Source of the DNA: a virus
Taxonomy: Duplodnaviria; Caudoviricetes
DNA length: 59,354 bases
IMG/VR virus record: IMGVR_UViG_3300020021_000011
Location: 1-59,354 of that record
Reading direction: 5' to 3' (one strand)
Shown: piece after piece, positions 19,483 through 29,639 of the stretch
Layout of the letters: each line of letters begins with the position of its first letter
Numbering within the stretch: position 1 is the stretch's first letter
Notes under the pieces: model-generated
Told to the model about the DNA's origin: nothing
Seen by the model: the letters and a program-made list of their open reading frames with translations, nothing else
Database searches by the model: none
Made by a program: the position numbers and the translations under genes

Positions 19483-20736
19483 TTATAATGCTACAGTTGT
19501 GCTTGGTTGCTTAGAGCTAGTACCAGTAAATAAAGTACCTAGTAAACTACCAGCTAAGGCTCCTACAGAAGCTGCGTTACCATTGCCAACTAAGTTAGAT
19601 ACGAAGTTTTCATTATTGGCTGTCATAGCACTATTAGCATCAAATATAGCCTGATTCTGAGACGCAGTAAACTGAAATGCAGCATTATCCCTGAACTCTT
19701 GCCATAGATTATTCATAGCAGTAGAACTTAAATTAAATGCATTCTGTACATTAACCTGATTAGCAGCATTAGTAGCTGCTGTATTAGCTGTATTTACACT
19801 TCTTTGCCATAATACATTAGATTGATCAATAGCAAAAGCATTCTGTGCATTAAATTGTTGTGTATTAAAGGCTAACTGAGAGTTAAAAGTATTAAGAGCC
19901 TGTATCTGTTGTGAGTTAAACTGTTGTGCTTGTTCACCTAATCCTGCCTGTTGAATAGAAGCTGTATTAGAAGCAGTAGCATTAAACTGTGTCATAGCAT
20001 TAACACGATCAACATTCTGAGACTGTATTGTGCTTATAAGATTGGAGTTAAATTCATCAGCCTGCTGTTGATTAGTAGCATTAAATTGAGCAGCAGCATT
20101 AGTAGCAGCCTGATTAGACAATAGTGACTGTTGCATATTCTGTACATTCTGCATTCCAGTCTGTTGCTGATTAGATAGATTCTGCATATCCATCTGAAAG
20201 TATGTAGCAGCATCAGGAGCAGCAATATTAATAGCCTGTTGTTGTATAGCCTGTGCTATAGCTGTAGTACCTATAGTAGACATACCTAATCCACGAGAAG
20301 CACTGGCATTATTAGCAGCAGTTACAGCACCTATAGCCCATGCCGGTACATTACCATTCTGGAATTGACTATACAAAGAACTTAACTGACCTTGTACTGT
20401 ATCAAGAGGATGAACTTGACCTTGAGCAGCAGTTCCTTGAGCAGCCCCTGTCTGAGCAGCATTATATCCAGTAGAATTAACTGTAGCAGCACTATTCTGT
20501 GTAGTAGCATTAGCTTGAGTAGTATTAATAGTAGGAGCAACTACTTGAGGAGCACCAGCAGCTTGATTATTAGATATATTATACTGCCCATTATTAGCTA
20601 GATTGGTACCAGTTTGATTAGCATCCTGTAAAGTAGGAGTAAGAGTAGTATTAGAAGTTAATGTAGGATTATTAACCTGCTGCCCCATATACTGATCTAT
20701 GGGGGTACCTGCTGCACCTGTTGTAGCGTCAACCAT
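19483..20736 (-). CDS. Gln/Asn/Ala-rich virion protein, DNA pilot/ejection-like
   Basis: Repeated QFNA units; VPAWAIGA; TVQGQL. Confidence 0.65.
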   Translation of the reverse strand: MVDATTGAAGTPIDQYMGQQVNNPTLTSNTTLTPTLQDANQTGTNLANNGQYNISNNQAAGAPQVVAPTINTTQANATTQNSAATVNSTGYNAAQTGAAQGTAAQGQVHPLDTVQGQLSSLYSQFQNGNVPAWAIGAVTAANNASASRGLGMSTIGTTAIAQAIQQQAINIAAPDAATYFQMDMQNLSNQQQTGMQNVQNMQQSLLSNQAATNAAAQFNATNQQQADEFNSNLISTIQSQNVDRVNAMTQFNATASNTASIQQAGLGEQAQQFNSQQIQALNTFNSQLAFNTQQFNAQNAFAIDQSNVLWQRSVNTANTAATNAANQVNVQNAFNLSSTAMNNLWQEFRDNAAFQFTASQNQAIFDANSAMTANNENFVSNLVGNGNAASVGALAGSLLGTLFTGTSSKQPSTTVAL

Positions 20737-20742
20737 GTTAAC

Positions 20743-20976
20743 CTATCTTGAAAGTAAATCTGTTGCCCATACTATACCTTTATGCCCAATAGCACCTAAA
20801 GTAAGTAATATAAGTCCGAATATCCATTTACCAGCTTTAATAGCACTTGTAAAAGTATTTAATTCTGTTAATATCTGTTTCTGTGTATCTATTAGTTCTT
20901 CCTGAGTATCTAATACTGCTTTCATCTGTTCTTGAAGACGAACTATATCGACTCTATTATCTATTTCTATTCCCAT
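20743..20976 (-). CDS. Small coiled-coil plus TM protein (holin candidate)
   Basis: N-terminal coiled coil, C-terminal hydrophobic WIFGLILLTLGAIG. Confidence 0.5.
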   Translation of the reverse strand: MGIEIDNRVDIVRLQEQMKAVLDTQEELIDTQKQILTELNTFTSAIKAGKWIFGLILLTLGAIGHKGIVWATDLLSR

Positions 20977-20978
20977 AT

Positions 20979-22871
20979 TTAATTACCTATAGCAATATAA
21001 TAAATACTAGCACTTAATCCACCACCAGCGAAAGTATTACACGCTAATTGAAACCCACTTACAGTAAGTGTATTTACAGCAGCTACACCACCAACAGGAG
21101 AATTACTATTTAATCCTATTACTACTGTATATATAGCTGTTGGAAATGCTGTGCCAAAAGTTACAGAACCAGTACCAGAAGTCGTAGTCCCCGTGCCCCA
21201 TTTGACAATAAGATTGCCAGTTGATGTTGGTATAGTAATAGTACCATTAGTAGTACCGGATTTTACTAATCCAAGATTACCTAAAGTAGTTGCTAAAGAA
21301 GCTAAATCGGATAAATTGTTTGCAGCTTGTAAACTCCCACCAGCAGCCGACTGTACAAAAGCAGTAGTAGCTATCTGAGTAGTATTTGTACCAAGCACGG
21401 CTGTAGGGGCTAATGGTGTTCCTGTAAAAGTAGGAGAAACAGCTAAAACATTAGACCCAGTACCAGTATTAGCAGTGATTGCAGTGCCAGCTATCTTAAA
21501 AGAATTACCTGTACCAGCAGTGTCAAAGGTTTTATTAGTAAATGTATCAGTAGTTGCTTTGCCTACAAGAGTATCAGTAGAGGTGGGTAATGTTAAAGTA
21601 CCAGTGTTTATTATAGCAGAAATTACTGGATTTGTCAAGGTTTTATTTGTTAAAGTATCAGTAGTTGCTCTACCAACATAAGTATCTGTACCTTGAAATG
21701 TAATAGTAGTAGCATCAGTACCAGCTAAAGTTAATGAATTATTTATAATAGCTGTTTTACCATTAGCAATAGTTAAAGTACCAGTAGAACTTGTTATAGT
21801 TAAACCATTTATAGTTTTATTAGTTAAGGCTTGAGTAGTACCAAGTGTAACTACAGTATCTGAACTAGATGGAAATGCAAATGAAGTACTATCAGTTCCT
21901 GTGAATGTAAGACTATTAGATACTGCATGTGTTTTACCATTAGCAATAGTTAAAGTACCAGTAGAACTTGCTATAGTTAAACCATTTATAGTTTTATTAG
22001 TCAAAGCTTCTACACCAGCTAATGTAGCTAAAGTACCAGTAGTAGGTAGAGTTAAACTAGTAGTTCCTGTAGCAGTTAAAGTAACACCAAATCCTCCAGC
22101 TATCGTTAAACTACCATTAACATTAATGTTTGTATTAGTAATATATATATTACCAGCACCATCAGTAAATATAACAGCGTAGTTACCTTTAGGAATAGTT
22201 AAACTAGCCCCTACAGTCCCGGCATTAATACTATCAGCAGCGTTAGGAGTAATAGTTAATGCTCCACCTTGCGCAAAAACTGATATATACCATAATGTAG
22301 TTAGATTAGTCGATTGGTCTATAGTATATGTAACAGCAGAACTGTTTACAAGTCGATACCCATATTGTCCTAATCCTATAGATTGACTAGTTCCAAATGT
22401 TTCTTCATACCCTGCTAAAGCTATATTAAGAGCAAGCCAGAATGATCCAGATGCAAAATACTGACATATAAGTGGGTAGCCTTCACCTACATCACCTAAT
22501 ACTACAGGAATATTACCAGTTAATGAAGCTTTTAGCAGTGGATTCGCTGGGCCGCCGTTAACTGATAATGTAACAGCATTAGTGTTAGTGCCAACTGGGG
22601 TAAATGTCAATAATTCACCATTACTCAGTGTAAAGTTAGTAGGTGATGTGCTAGTAACGGCAACTGCATTAACAGTACCACCAACAGTGGTAGCTATATA
22701 GATAACAGATGGTATAAGTCCACCCCCACCTACAGTACCATCGTGTATATGACCTACCGTAGAATCAAAAGCACTAGCTAAAGCATTAAATTCTGCATTT
22801 AAATCAGCTGCTGCAATTACATGTCCAGTTACTATATTACCACTAGCCTGACGAACGTAGCCCGAAGTCAT
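20979..22871 (-). CDS. Tail fibre protein
   Basis: N-terminal GYVRQ...LNAEFNALASAF...GHIHDG anchor; LTNKT repeats; PTFTGTPLAPT...TQIATTAFV; C-terminal KWG...VTFGTAFPT domain. Confidence 0.88.
   Translation of the reverse strand: MTSGYVRQASGNIVTGHVIAAADLNAEFNALASAFDSTVGHIHDGTVGGGGLIPSVIYIATTVGGTVNAVAVTSTSPTNFTLSNGELLTFTPVGTNTNAVTLSVNGGPANPLLKASLTGNIPVVLGDVGEGYPLICQYFASGSFWLALNIALAGYEETFGTSQSIGLGQYGYRLVNSSAVTYTIDQSTNLTTLWYISVFAQGGALTITPNAADSINAGTVGASLTIPKGNYAVIFTDGAGNIYITNTNINVNGSLTIAGGFGVTLTATGTTSLTLPTTGTLATLAGVEALTNKTINGLTIASSTGTLTIANGKTHAVSNSLTFTGTDSTSFAFPSSSDTVVTLGTTQALTNKTINGLTITSSTGTLTIANGKTAIINNSLTLAGTDATTITFQGTDTYVGRATTDTLTNKTLTNPVISAIINTGTLTLPTSTDTLVGKATTDTFTNKTFDTAGTGNSFKIAGTAITANTGTGSNVLAVSPTFTGTPLAPTAVLGTNTTQIATTAFVQSAAGGSLQAANNLSDLASLATTLGNLGLVKSGTTNGTITIPTSTGNLIVKWGTGTTTSGTGSVTFGTAFPTAIYTVVIGLNSNSPVGGVAAVNTLTVSGFQLACNTFAGGGLSASIYYIAIGN
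21753..22001. repeat. 72-bp direct repeat pair inside the tail fibre gene
   Basis: 21753-21824 and 21930-22001 differ at one position; spacing 177 bp (59 codons). Confidence 0.9.
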
Positions 22872-22904
22872 TGTATATCCTCAATCTTTTCTATATTATA
22901 TGTA

Positions 22905-24455
22905 TTATCTTCTACCATGTTCACCGAATTCAATAGTGTATGAGTCTATTCGATGGGGTGGATTATTATCTGTTCCACTAAATTGAAATGCTATTAAGAA
23001 TCCAGAACCTACGATAGCTAATTTAAGTACTGGTAATGATATACCACCATATATTGCTGTATCATATACAGCTGTACCATATAATGCTCCTGCACTCATA
23101 GTGGTAAGAGTTAAAGATGGTGGTTGTAAGGAATTCTGTATCTGTGTATCTGGCTGTACATTAAGAATAACATTAAGTGCGCCTTGTATCTGTGTATATA
23201 CAGTTAATTTCTGTACTACTTTCCTAAGTGTAGAATCACTAAATGTTAAATCAGGAGATCTATACATATATGAAACAGCTGCACCATCAAAGTCATTACC
23301 ATTCTCAAGTCTATATACAAATCCATTAGTAGGATCACCAATAACTACAACTTCTTGGTTATTAATATATTGAGAATGCGCACAATATGGTTGTATACCT
23401 AATAATGTACCCCATTCATATTTAACATTAATAGGGTCATCTATACGTTTACCTACTACCCCAAATGTACTAACTTTAGGTACAGAACTATCGTAGACCC
23501 AACATCTGAATTGATTCTTTTGAGCAATATGTACACCACTATATGAATCTACACTTCTACCAGTAGTAAAATCATTAGCTAGGAGTAGTGGTTGAATATT
23601 CTTAGATAAAAGACCTAATTGTAAATCGCCTATTCTATAAGTAGCTGCTAAACTTCTGAATCCATCAGGAGCTAAGTATATTAAATCCCCTCCAACTTCT
23701 TGTATAGTATCCTGTCCAAGACAGCCTAAACCAGTAGTAATGGTATTAATCTGATAAGCTGGAGTAGTACCAGTTAGAACTATTTCATATATACTATTAG
23801 TACAGAACACATATAAAGTCTCTCTAAAAGTACGAATACCAGTTATGATATCACCGAAGTTAAATTCTATAGCTCCATCAGCACCATTAAAGTCTGTGTC
23901 CGTTACAGGAGCAGATAAAGATAACTTATTACCATTGCCATATCCTGCTAAAGCTATGGATTCATTAAAATAAGCAGCAAACTTAGGGTTAGATGGGGCG
24001 CCAGTACCATTAATTAGAGTATAAGTAGTACCGTCCCATTTAGCAGCATAATAAATACCATCTGTAATAATTATAGCTGTTGTAGCCATAACATAGGGTA
24101 ATATTCTAGCTTTTATACTAGTTCCCCCACGTGTAGAAGTATTTATTTTAGTCCAGCCGCTACCACTGGAGAAATAGATGTCATTACTTGTAGTAACAGT
24201 AGAATGACGAACGCCAAATACTCCACCGAGAGCAGCCCCAACGCCGAGTACAGGTGCATTAGTAGTCCCAGGTACAACTGTCGAATCCCACTTACTATAT
24301 CCTTGTATCCTTGCATATCCCCCCGCTATTGATGGTTCATAATTCTGTAATATAGTAGCTGCCCCAGGTTCATTGGTACCTAAAGTAAGTTTATCTACTG
24401 ATAAATCTAATCCACCTTTACATACTATAGGAAGTGACGCCCACCTGTCAGCCAT
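22905..24455 (-). CDS. Tail tubular protein B / nozzle
   Basis: CKGGL, QNYEPSIAGGYARIQGY, TIQEVGGDLIYLAPDGFRS; beta-rich; follows the adaptor gene. Confidence 0.8.
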   Translation of the reverse strand: MADRWASLPIVCKGGLDLSVDKLTLGTNEPGAATILQNYEPSIAGGYARIQGYSKWDSTVVPGTTNAPVLGVGAALGGVFGVRHSTVTTSNDIYFSSGSGWTKINTSTRGGTSIKARILPYVMATTAIIITDGIYYAAKWDGTTYTLINGTGAPSNPKFAAYFNESIALAGYGNGNKLSLSAPVTDTDFNGADGAIEFNFGDIITGIRTFRETLYVFCTNSIYEIVLTGTTPAYQINTITTGLGCLGQDTIQEVGGDLIYLAPDGFRSLAATYRIGDLQLGLLSKNIQPLLLANDFTTGRSVDSYSGVHIAQKNQFRCWVYDSSVPKVSTFGVVGKRIDDPINVKYEWGTLLGIQPYCAHSQYINNQEVVVIGDPTNGFVYRLENGNDFDGAAVSYMYRSPDLTFSDSTLRKVVQKLTVYTQIQGALNVILNVQPDTQIQNSLQPPSLTLTTMSAGALYGTAVYDTAIYGGISLPVLKLAIVGSGFLIAFQFSGTDNNPPHRIDSYTIEFGEHGRR

Positions 24456-24500
24456 TATTCAACTTTCTCACTTGTAATTCTATATATATGCGCTAGATTC

Positions 24501-25454
24501 TTATTCAAAGCGCATGTACTCTGTTTGTGGAATTAATATTCTACGCATTTTATTAACATTCTTAGTATATCTATCTAACACAGAAGCAGCTTCTTCTACA
24601 TTATCACGAAACATATATGCATAATGTAATGCTTTATCTATAATAACCTGTTCAAATTGTACAGGAATAGTAGGTATATCTGTATATAATACTAAAGGGG
24701 CGGGTAAAGTAAATCCATAATAGTTTATAGTATATACTCTATCTGGAACTGGTGTAAGTATAATACTATTATCAGGCATTCTTACAACAGCAGCCGGTTG
24801 ATTAAAACTTGATGGAACTGCTTGTGGGGCTTTACCATTAATATCGTTTATTAATCCATTATCTTTATAAGTATTATAGTTAATAAGATTAATATTATTA
24901 GCTGGATATGCTGGCTGAACGGTAGGAGAAGTACCTAAAGAAGGAGTAGGAGCAGAAAAGGGAACTTCAAAAGTGAAGGAAGTAATAGTTGGAGTTGAGG
25001 CAACAGTCCATCCAGTAACAGCCCCAGCCCCTAAAGAGGCATTATAATATAGATTAGATCCAATAGAATCATTAATATTATATAGAGAGGCCGGATCACC
25101 AACTATTAATTGATGAGGTACAGATGTAATAACAGTAATTACTGTGCCTATTTTAGTAATAGAACTTATAGGGAGATATGGTTTAGGGATATAAAATGAA
25201 TCCCAGTTTATTGAGAAGTATGTAGATGGAAGAGTATAAGTCTGTTGACTTACTACTGTAGTAAATGTGTTTATCTGATAAGCAAAAGGCCAGTTAGTGT
25301 CCTCCTCTGTATAAATATCTAATATAGCTTGATTTACATAATTCTGTGCTTCAGCATAAAACCCATAAGCACTACTAAATGAAGTAGAAGTTAACTGAGT
25401 TTCATTAAACGGGCCAAGAACTTTATTAGTTAAATCAAGATAATTAGAAGTCAT
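24501..25454 (-). CDS. Tail tubular protein A / adaptor with inserted beta domain
   Basis: NYLDLTNKVL, NWPF, PVPDRVYTINY, PTIPVQFEQVI. Confidence 0.8.
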   Translation of the reverse strand: MTSNYLDLTNKVLGPFNETQLTSTSFSSAYGFYAEAQNYVNQAILDIYTEEDTNWPFAYQINTFTTVVSQQTYTLPSTYFSINWDSFYIPKPYLPISSITKIGTVITVITSVPHQLIVGDPASLYNINDSIGSNLYYNASLGAGAVTGWTVASTPTITSFTFEVPFSAPTPSLGTSPTVQPAYPANNINLINYNTYKDNGLINDINGKAPQAVPSSFNQPAAVVRMPDNSIILTPVPDRVYTINYYGFTLPAPLVLYTDIPTIPVQFEQVIIDKALHYAYMFRDNVEEAASVLDRYTKNVNKMRRILIPQTEYMRFE

Positions 25455-25478
25455 GTTTTATCCTATATTAAGAAATTA

Positions 25479-25506
25479 GTGAGTTTTATACTTGCCCACC
25501 ACAAGT
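25479..25506 (-). ncRNA. H-type pseudoknot in the 3' UTR of the capsid/decoration transcript
   Basis: Minus strand ACUUG-UG-GUGGG-CAAGU-AUAAAA-CUCAC: S1 ACUUG/CAAGU, S2 GUGGG/CUCAC. Confidence 0.5.
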
Positions 25507-25520
25507 TCGTTCACAGGAGA

Positions 25521-26009
25521 TTAAGACTGTGTAGTAGCAATAGGATCTGCACTTGCATCAAGAGTATATACAACAAATCGTATAGCTCCCTGAGTTGCAG
25601 TAGTATAAGTACCAGTGAGAGTAATCAACAGATTGTCAGCAGTTGAATAGAACCTAAGTGGATTAGTAGTCAAAGCCTGAGTAATTACAGAACCAGCAGT
25701 ATACGGAGTTGTATAAGCAGTAGTGTAACGGTTAGTTGAGCCTGCATCACCAATAACTAGACTGGTAGTACTAGTATCAAGAGTAGTAGTAATTACTGCC
25801 TGAAGACCTAGCAAGACAGTGCCTGCTGGGAAGTTCTGAATAGCAATAGCGTCACCAGTCGTAATAGCCTGAGCTGCTACGTTATTAGTCCCGTTAATGA
25901 TCTTATTAAGATCAATAACAGTCTTAGAGACAGTAATAGGAAGAGGTGAATTACCAACTCCTAATGGGCCTCCTGTACCACCTTTACGGTACTGTAGATA
26001 TGTAGCCAT
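25521..26009 (-). CDS. Capsid decoration / cement-like protein
   Basis: Directly after the major capsid gene; GDAIAI...PAGT...IGDAGSTNRY pattern. Confidence 0.65.
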   Translation of the reverse strand: MATYLQYRKGGTGGPLGVGNSPLPITVSKTVIDLNKIINGTNNVAAQAITTGDAIAIQNFPAGTVLLGLQAVITTTLDTSTTSLVIGDAGSTNRYTTAYTTPYTAGSVITQALTTNPLRFYSTADNLLITLTGTYTTATQGAIRFVVYTLDASADPIATTQS

Positions 26010-26027
26010 ATTATGTTATCCTTTCAA

Positions 26028-26951
26028 TTATACGTCAATGATATTAGCGTATGCAAGAGCAAGCGCACTAGGACGAAGAACTTTATCACCGTATACAAAC
26101 AGAGTACGATTAATATCGCCAAAACTGCTTGGACTACGGACAATTTCATTCTTCAAGATAGAGGCTGCTGTAGCAGTTGCCATTGTGTGACCTGCAAGAA
26201 CTACATTATTACCTGATGTAGCATTTATAGGTGTGTTATTAGACTTATACAGACGGAAGCCATGAACACGATATTTAGACCAGAGATTCTCATTAACTAC
26301 AATGGAAGATTCACCAGTACCAATTACCTGTGCTTCAATAAGTTTACTATCTTCACGACGCAAAGCTTCATAGAAACTAGGAGCTGCCACAATAAACCGT
26401 TTACCATCATCAGGTACATTCTGCACATCAAGAAGCGTACAGAGATGTGAAAGAAGATCAAGAGGCGTATAATCATCTGCTCCACCGAAACCTACATTCA
26501 ATTCTACTGAAGTAGTACCCATAGTGTTAGTAGAACTCACACCAGATACCATATCACTTAGAACACCTGAATCATACTTATCACGAATAGCATAAGCAGC
26601 AGCATCTGCTGTAAGATTCATGTAATCAATATGAGACTGACGAACTTCGATATCATCTAGGTAGAACTGACAAGTAAATGCCTGGTTAATAACTAGTGTA
26701 ATATCTTCATCTACAATATCCTGAGACTGGATAATTTGTCCACGAGTATAAGACTGAACAGTCATAAGTGGCTGTTTAATAATACGGACAGTATCGCCCA
26801 TGTTGGAAATTTCGCCCTGGAATTCAGTATTCGTAACTTCATCAACTACGGCTGTTTTTTTGAGGGAAAGCAAAACTCGCTTGGAGTAAATTACCGGAGT
26901 AAATACACCATTAGGAAGATTGCCATACCCTGCTGCACTTGGAAATGCCAT
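26028..26951 (-). CDS. Major capsid protein
   Basis: AFPSAAGYGNLPNGVFTPVIYSK; TNTEFQGEISNMGDTVRIIK; SFGDINR...YGDKVLRP; AAGGAG SD. Confidence 0.93.
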   Translation of the reverse strand: MAFPSAAGYGNLPNGVFTPVIYSKRVLLSLKKTAVVDEVTNTEFQGEISNMGDTVRIIKQPLMTVQSYTRGQIIQSQDIVDEDITLVINQAFTCQFYLDDIEVRQSHIDYMNLTADAAAYAIRDKYDSGVLSDMVSGVSSTNTMGTTSVELNVGFGGADDYTPLDLLSHLCTLLDVQNVPDDGKRFIVAAPSFYEALRREDSKLIEAQVIGTGESSIVVNENLWSKYRVHGFRLYKSNNTPINATSGNNVVLAGHTMATATAASILKNEIVRSPSSFGDINRTLFVYGDKVLRPSALALAYANIIDV

Positions 26952-26993
26952 TAGATAGACTCCTTTGTTATAGGGCTTTTATACCCTGTTAAA

Positions 26994-27881
26994 TTAACTA
27001 TTTTCATCATAACGTCCTTCAGACATTGCCTTTAGGATTTCTGCTTCATATTTACCATATTTACTCATTGGGATTGCTTTAACTTCAGAAGCTCTCCATA
27101 TCTTACCGCCGCCCTGTCCAACTTCGACAATATTATTAGTAGTTACTGCCATAGCAGCAGCTCTATTGTCATTATCCTTCTGTGTTTTAGTTTTCTTTAC
27201 AATCCCTTTATCCTTTTTATAGATATCAAGACCTCTGGCAACTTCATTAACATTAGGAGATTCTATTAGAGATTTAAGTGATGGTACTTGTTCTTTATAC
27301 CATTCTAGAAAATCAGGATCAGTCTTTAATGATTCTGCATCTGGATGAATCTGCAATAATTCAGTCATAGCTCTTATAGCTGCTAACTGCTTAATACTAG
27401 TTTCATTATCTGCAATAGCCTTTTGAAGTTCAGCGTTAGTGCTCTGATTTGAGGTCTGAGCTATGGTTTTTATCATATCATATAGATAACCATATTTATT
27501 TCTAAATTCTGCAACTTCAGCAGGGGTAGATGGTAGTTTTATAGGTTCTTTCTGTAAGGTATCAAAAGCTTTTTCCCTTTCAGCTAACAGGCGAGCTTTT
27601 TCTCCTAACTCAGCATCCTTGGCTTTAATCTGCTTGTCCATATGAGACTGCAAATCACTATACCGTTTCTGCCAATCATGATTAGGCTCTGAAGAGTTTT
27701 TCCCATCCCCCGGAGTACCAGTATTACCTGAGTCCTGTGGAACCGTATCATCCTCTTCTTCTTTGTGATGTTTCGGTTTGTTTAAGTATAGAGTTCTTGG
27801 CTGGCTTGCGATTACATTAGCAACATTGTTCTCGGAAGGTGCAGTAGAAAACATTACACTTTGGGTAGCATTATTAGTCAT
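26994..27881 (-). CDS. Capsid scaffolding protein
   Basis: WQKRYSDL coiled coil, HPD, C-terminal KYEAEILKAMSEGR; directly precedes the capsid gene. Start at ATG 27881. Confidence 0.82.
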   Translation of the reverse strand: MTNNATQSVMFSTAPSENNVANVIASQPRTLYLNKPKHHKEEEDDTVPQDSGNTGTPGDGKNSSEPNHDWQKRYSDLQSHMDKQIKAKDAELGEKARLLAEREKAFDTLQKEPIKLPSTPAEVAEFRNKYGYLYDMIKTIAQTSNQSTNAELQKAIADNETSIKQLAAIRAMTELLQIHPDAESLKTDPDFLEWYKEQVPSLKSLIESPNVNEVARGLDIYKKDKGIVKKTKTQKDNDNRAAAMAVTTNNIVEVGQGGGKIWRASEVKAIPMSKYGKYEAEILKAMSEGRYDENS

Positions 27882-27939
27882 AATTAATCCTTTAGAGTTG
27901 CAAAGCAAGTATCTAAGGTACATTTACCTTTGAAAGCCT

Positions 27940-28425
27940 CTATGAAGAGGGTGTTTCACTTTGTGTTGGTTGTGCAGCTTGAGAGGACTGAGCCTCAGCG
28001 GGTGCTTGATTTGCCGCAGAAGTACTCGTTGGAGTACTAGCATTCATTGCCTGTTGATCTTCCTGTAAAGCTTGTCCACCTTGTGGGACTGAACTACGTG
28101 GAACGATTGAGGCCATTTTAGTTGGGTCAGTTAATGGTTTGAAGTAATTATAAGCTTCGACTCCGCCTACTATACCCATTAATACTGCTGTTTCTGGTGT
28201 TAAATAATGATTTACAAACGCTTGTTGTATTGGTGGTAAACTATTAAGTCTTTGTTCAAGCTGTTGGTGTATCATCTGTTCTTTAGATATACCCATGCTA
28301 GGATCTGAAGCTCCTTGTGGCTGAGTAGCATCTGGGGCATTACTCTGATCTTGTGGCTGCTGATTACTCTGCATATTCATAGGAATAGTAGAAGCTTGAG
28401 TAGAGGGGCGCTGTGGAGAAATCAT
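27940..28425 (-). CDS. Hypothetical Gln/Pro-rich structural-block protein
   Basis: Start overlaps the previous stop. Confidence 0.6.
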   Translation of the reverse strand: MISPQRPSTQASTIPMNMQSNQQPQDQSNAPDATQPQGASDPSMGISKEQMIHQQLEQRLNSLPPIQQAFVNHYLTPETAVLMGIVGGVEAYNYFKPLTDPTKMASIVPRSSVPQGGQALQEDQQAMNASTPTSTSAANQAPAEAQSSQAAQPTQSETPSS

Positions 28426-29639
28426 TATGCTGCTTTTCCTGTTGGTGTATTGACTGGTACATTAAGAATACCTCTACCTTGAGTATTAGAGGTTGCTACA
28501 GTAGGAGTCATGAAATTATTTGTATTACCATTTTGACCATTAGCATATAATGACGTAGGATTAGCTATAGCATTCTGTAAATTAAAGTTAGGATCGTAGA
28601 ATGCACTACTATTTATATGATTTAATTGTTGTTTTAAAGCATCTGGTATATTATATTGCTGCATAACTTCTTTACTTACAGCATCATTTAATGATCCGCC
28701 AGTAGTACCGCTCTTAAGAGTAGAGTCATATTTAAGTCCACCATTAATTAAATCAGAACCTACTTTAATACCATCTCTCTGCCCTACTGTAACCATAATA
28801 TTACCACCTTTACCCTGATCTGTAGGTGTAGCACCATTAGCTAGAAGAAACTGTGCTAGATTTGAGGCTCCTATTTGTTCAGTGTTTCTAGTTGCAGCAT
28901 TTGTAGGGCTATATTCTGAACCAGTTCCACTCTGGGTTCTGGCATATACATCATTTACTTGTCCGGTGGATATATTAACACCACCATTTTGAGTCATATC
29001 AGATGGAGTATTATTACCAAATAGTCCGCCTATAGTAGATCCAACTACTATACCGATACCTCCACCTATTGGCCCACCAAAGATACTACCAATTGCACCA
29101 CCAATTGCACCACCTATCTGCCCACCTTGAGGATTTCCACCAGTCCATCCAGCTATCTGTCCTCCATATGAATACCCAGCATAAGCAAAAGCAGCAGGAA
29201 CAGCAAAATCAGATAATGTAGCACCAGTCCATGCTGGAGCAGTAGTACCAGCTGTGCTAGGAGCAGCTAAGAACGCATCAGAACCACCTACACCAGTACC
29301 AATAGACCCACTTAGGTTAGCAGTAGCACTAGCACCACTAGCAGTAAGAGATGTACCGGCAACTGTACCTAAATTAGTGTTACCCCATGCATTAATAGGA
29401 GCTGTAACATTACTTGAGAACCACCCATTATTAGTTATAGCACTAGTAGGTACGTGGTTAAGTACACTATCTGTAGCTTGATTACCTAATTGCTGCTGTG
29501 CTTGTACATTCTGATTAGAGATTTGTTGTTGAGCACTACTAGTCGAGGGAGTAGTTCCAGATATAGGACTTTGTGCCTGCATATATGGCAGTGCAGTTAC
29601 AGTAGGTTGATCAATAGGATTTAATATATTAGTCGCCAT
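28425..29639 (-). CDS. Gly-rich virion-associated protein
   Basis: Glycine-zipper segment GGAIGGAIGSIFGGPIGGGIG. Confidence 0.6.
   Translation of the reverse strand: MATNILNPIDQPTVTALPYMQAQSPISGTTPSTSSAQQQISNQNVQAQQQLGNQATDSVLNHVPTSAITNNGWFSSNVTAPINAWGNTNLGTVAGTSLTASGASATANLSGSIGTGVGGSDAFLAAPSTAGTTAPAWTGATLSDFAVPAAFAYAGYSYGGQIAGWTGGNPQGGQIGGAIGGAIGSIFGGPIGGGIGIVVGSTIGGLFGNNTPSDMTQNGGVNISTGQVNDVYARTQSGTGSEYSPTNAATRNTEQIGASNLAQFLLANGATPTDQGKGGNIMVTVGQRDGIKVGSDLINGGLKYDSTLKSGTTGGSLNDAVSKEVMQQYNIPDALKQQLNHINSSAFYDPNFNLQNAIANPTSLYANGQNGNTNNFMTPTVATSNTQGRGILNVPVNTPTGKAA

Noticed and set aside
19700-20300. Repetitive QFNA/ANTA-coding DNA considered as a CRISPR array or DGR repeat
   Set aside because: These are degenerate protein-level repeats; no constant repeat-spacer period and no cas or reverse transcriptase gene.
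21753-22001. Tail-fibre repeat pair as a DGR template/variable repeat
   Set aside because: Only one mismatch, both copies in frame mid-gene, and no reverse transcriptase in the genome.
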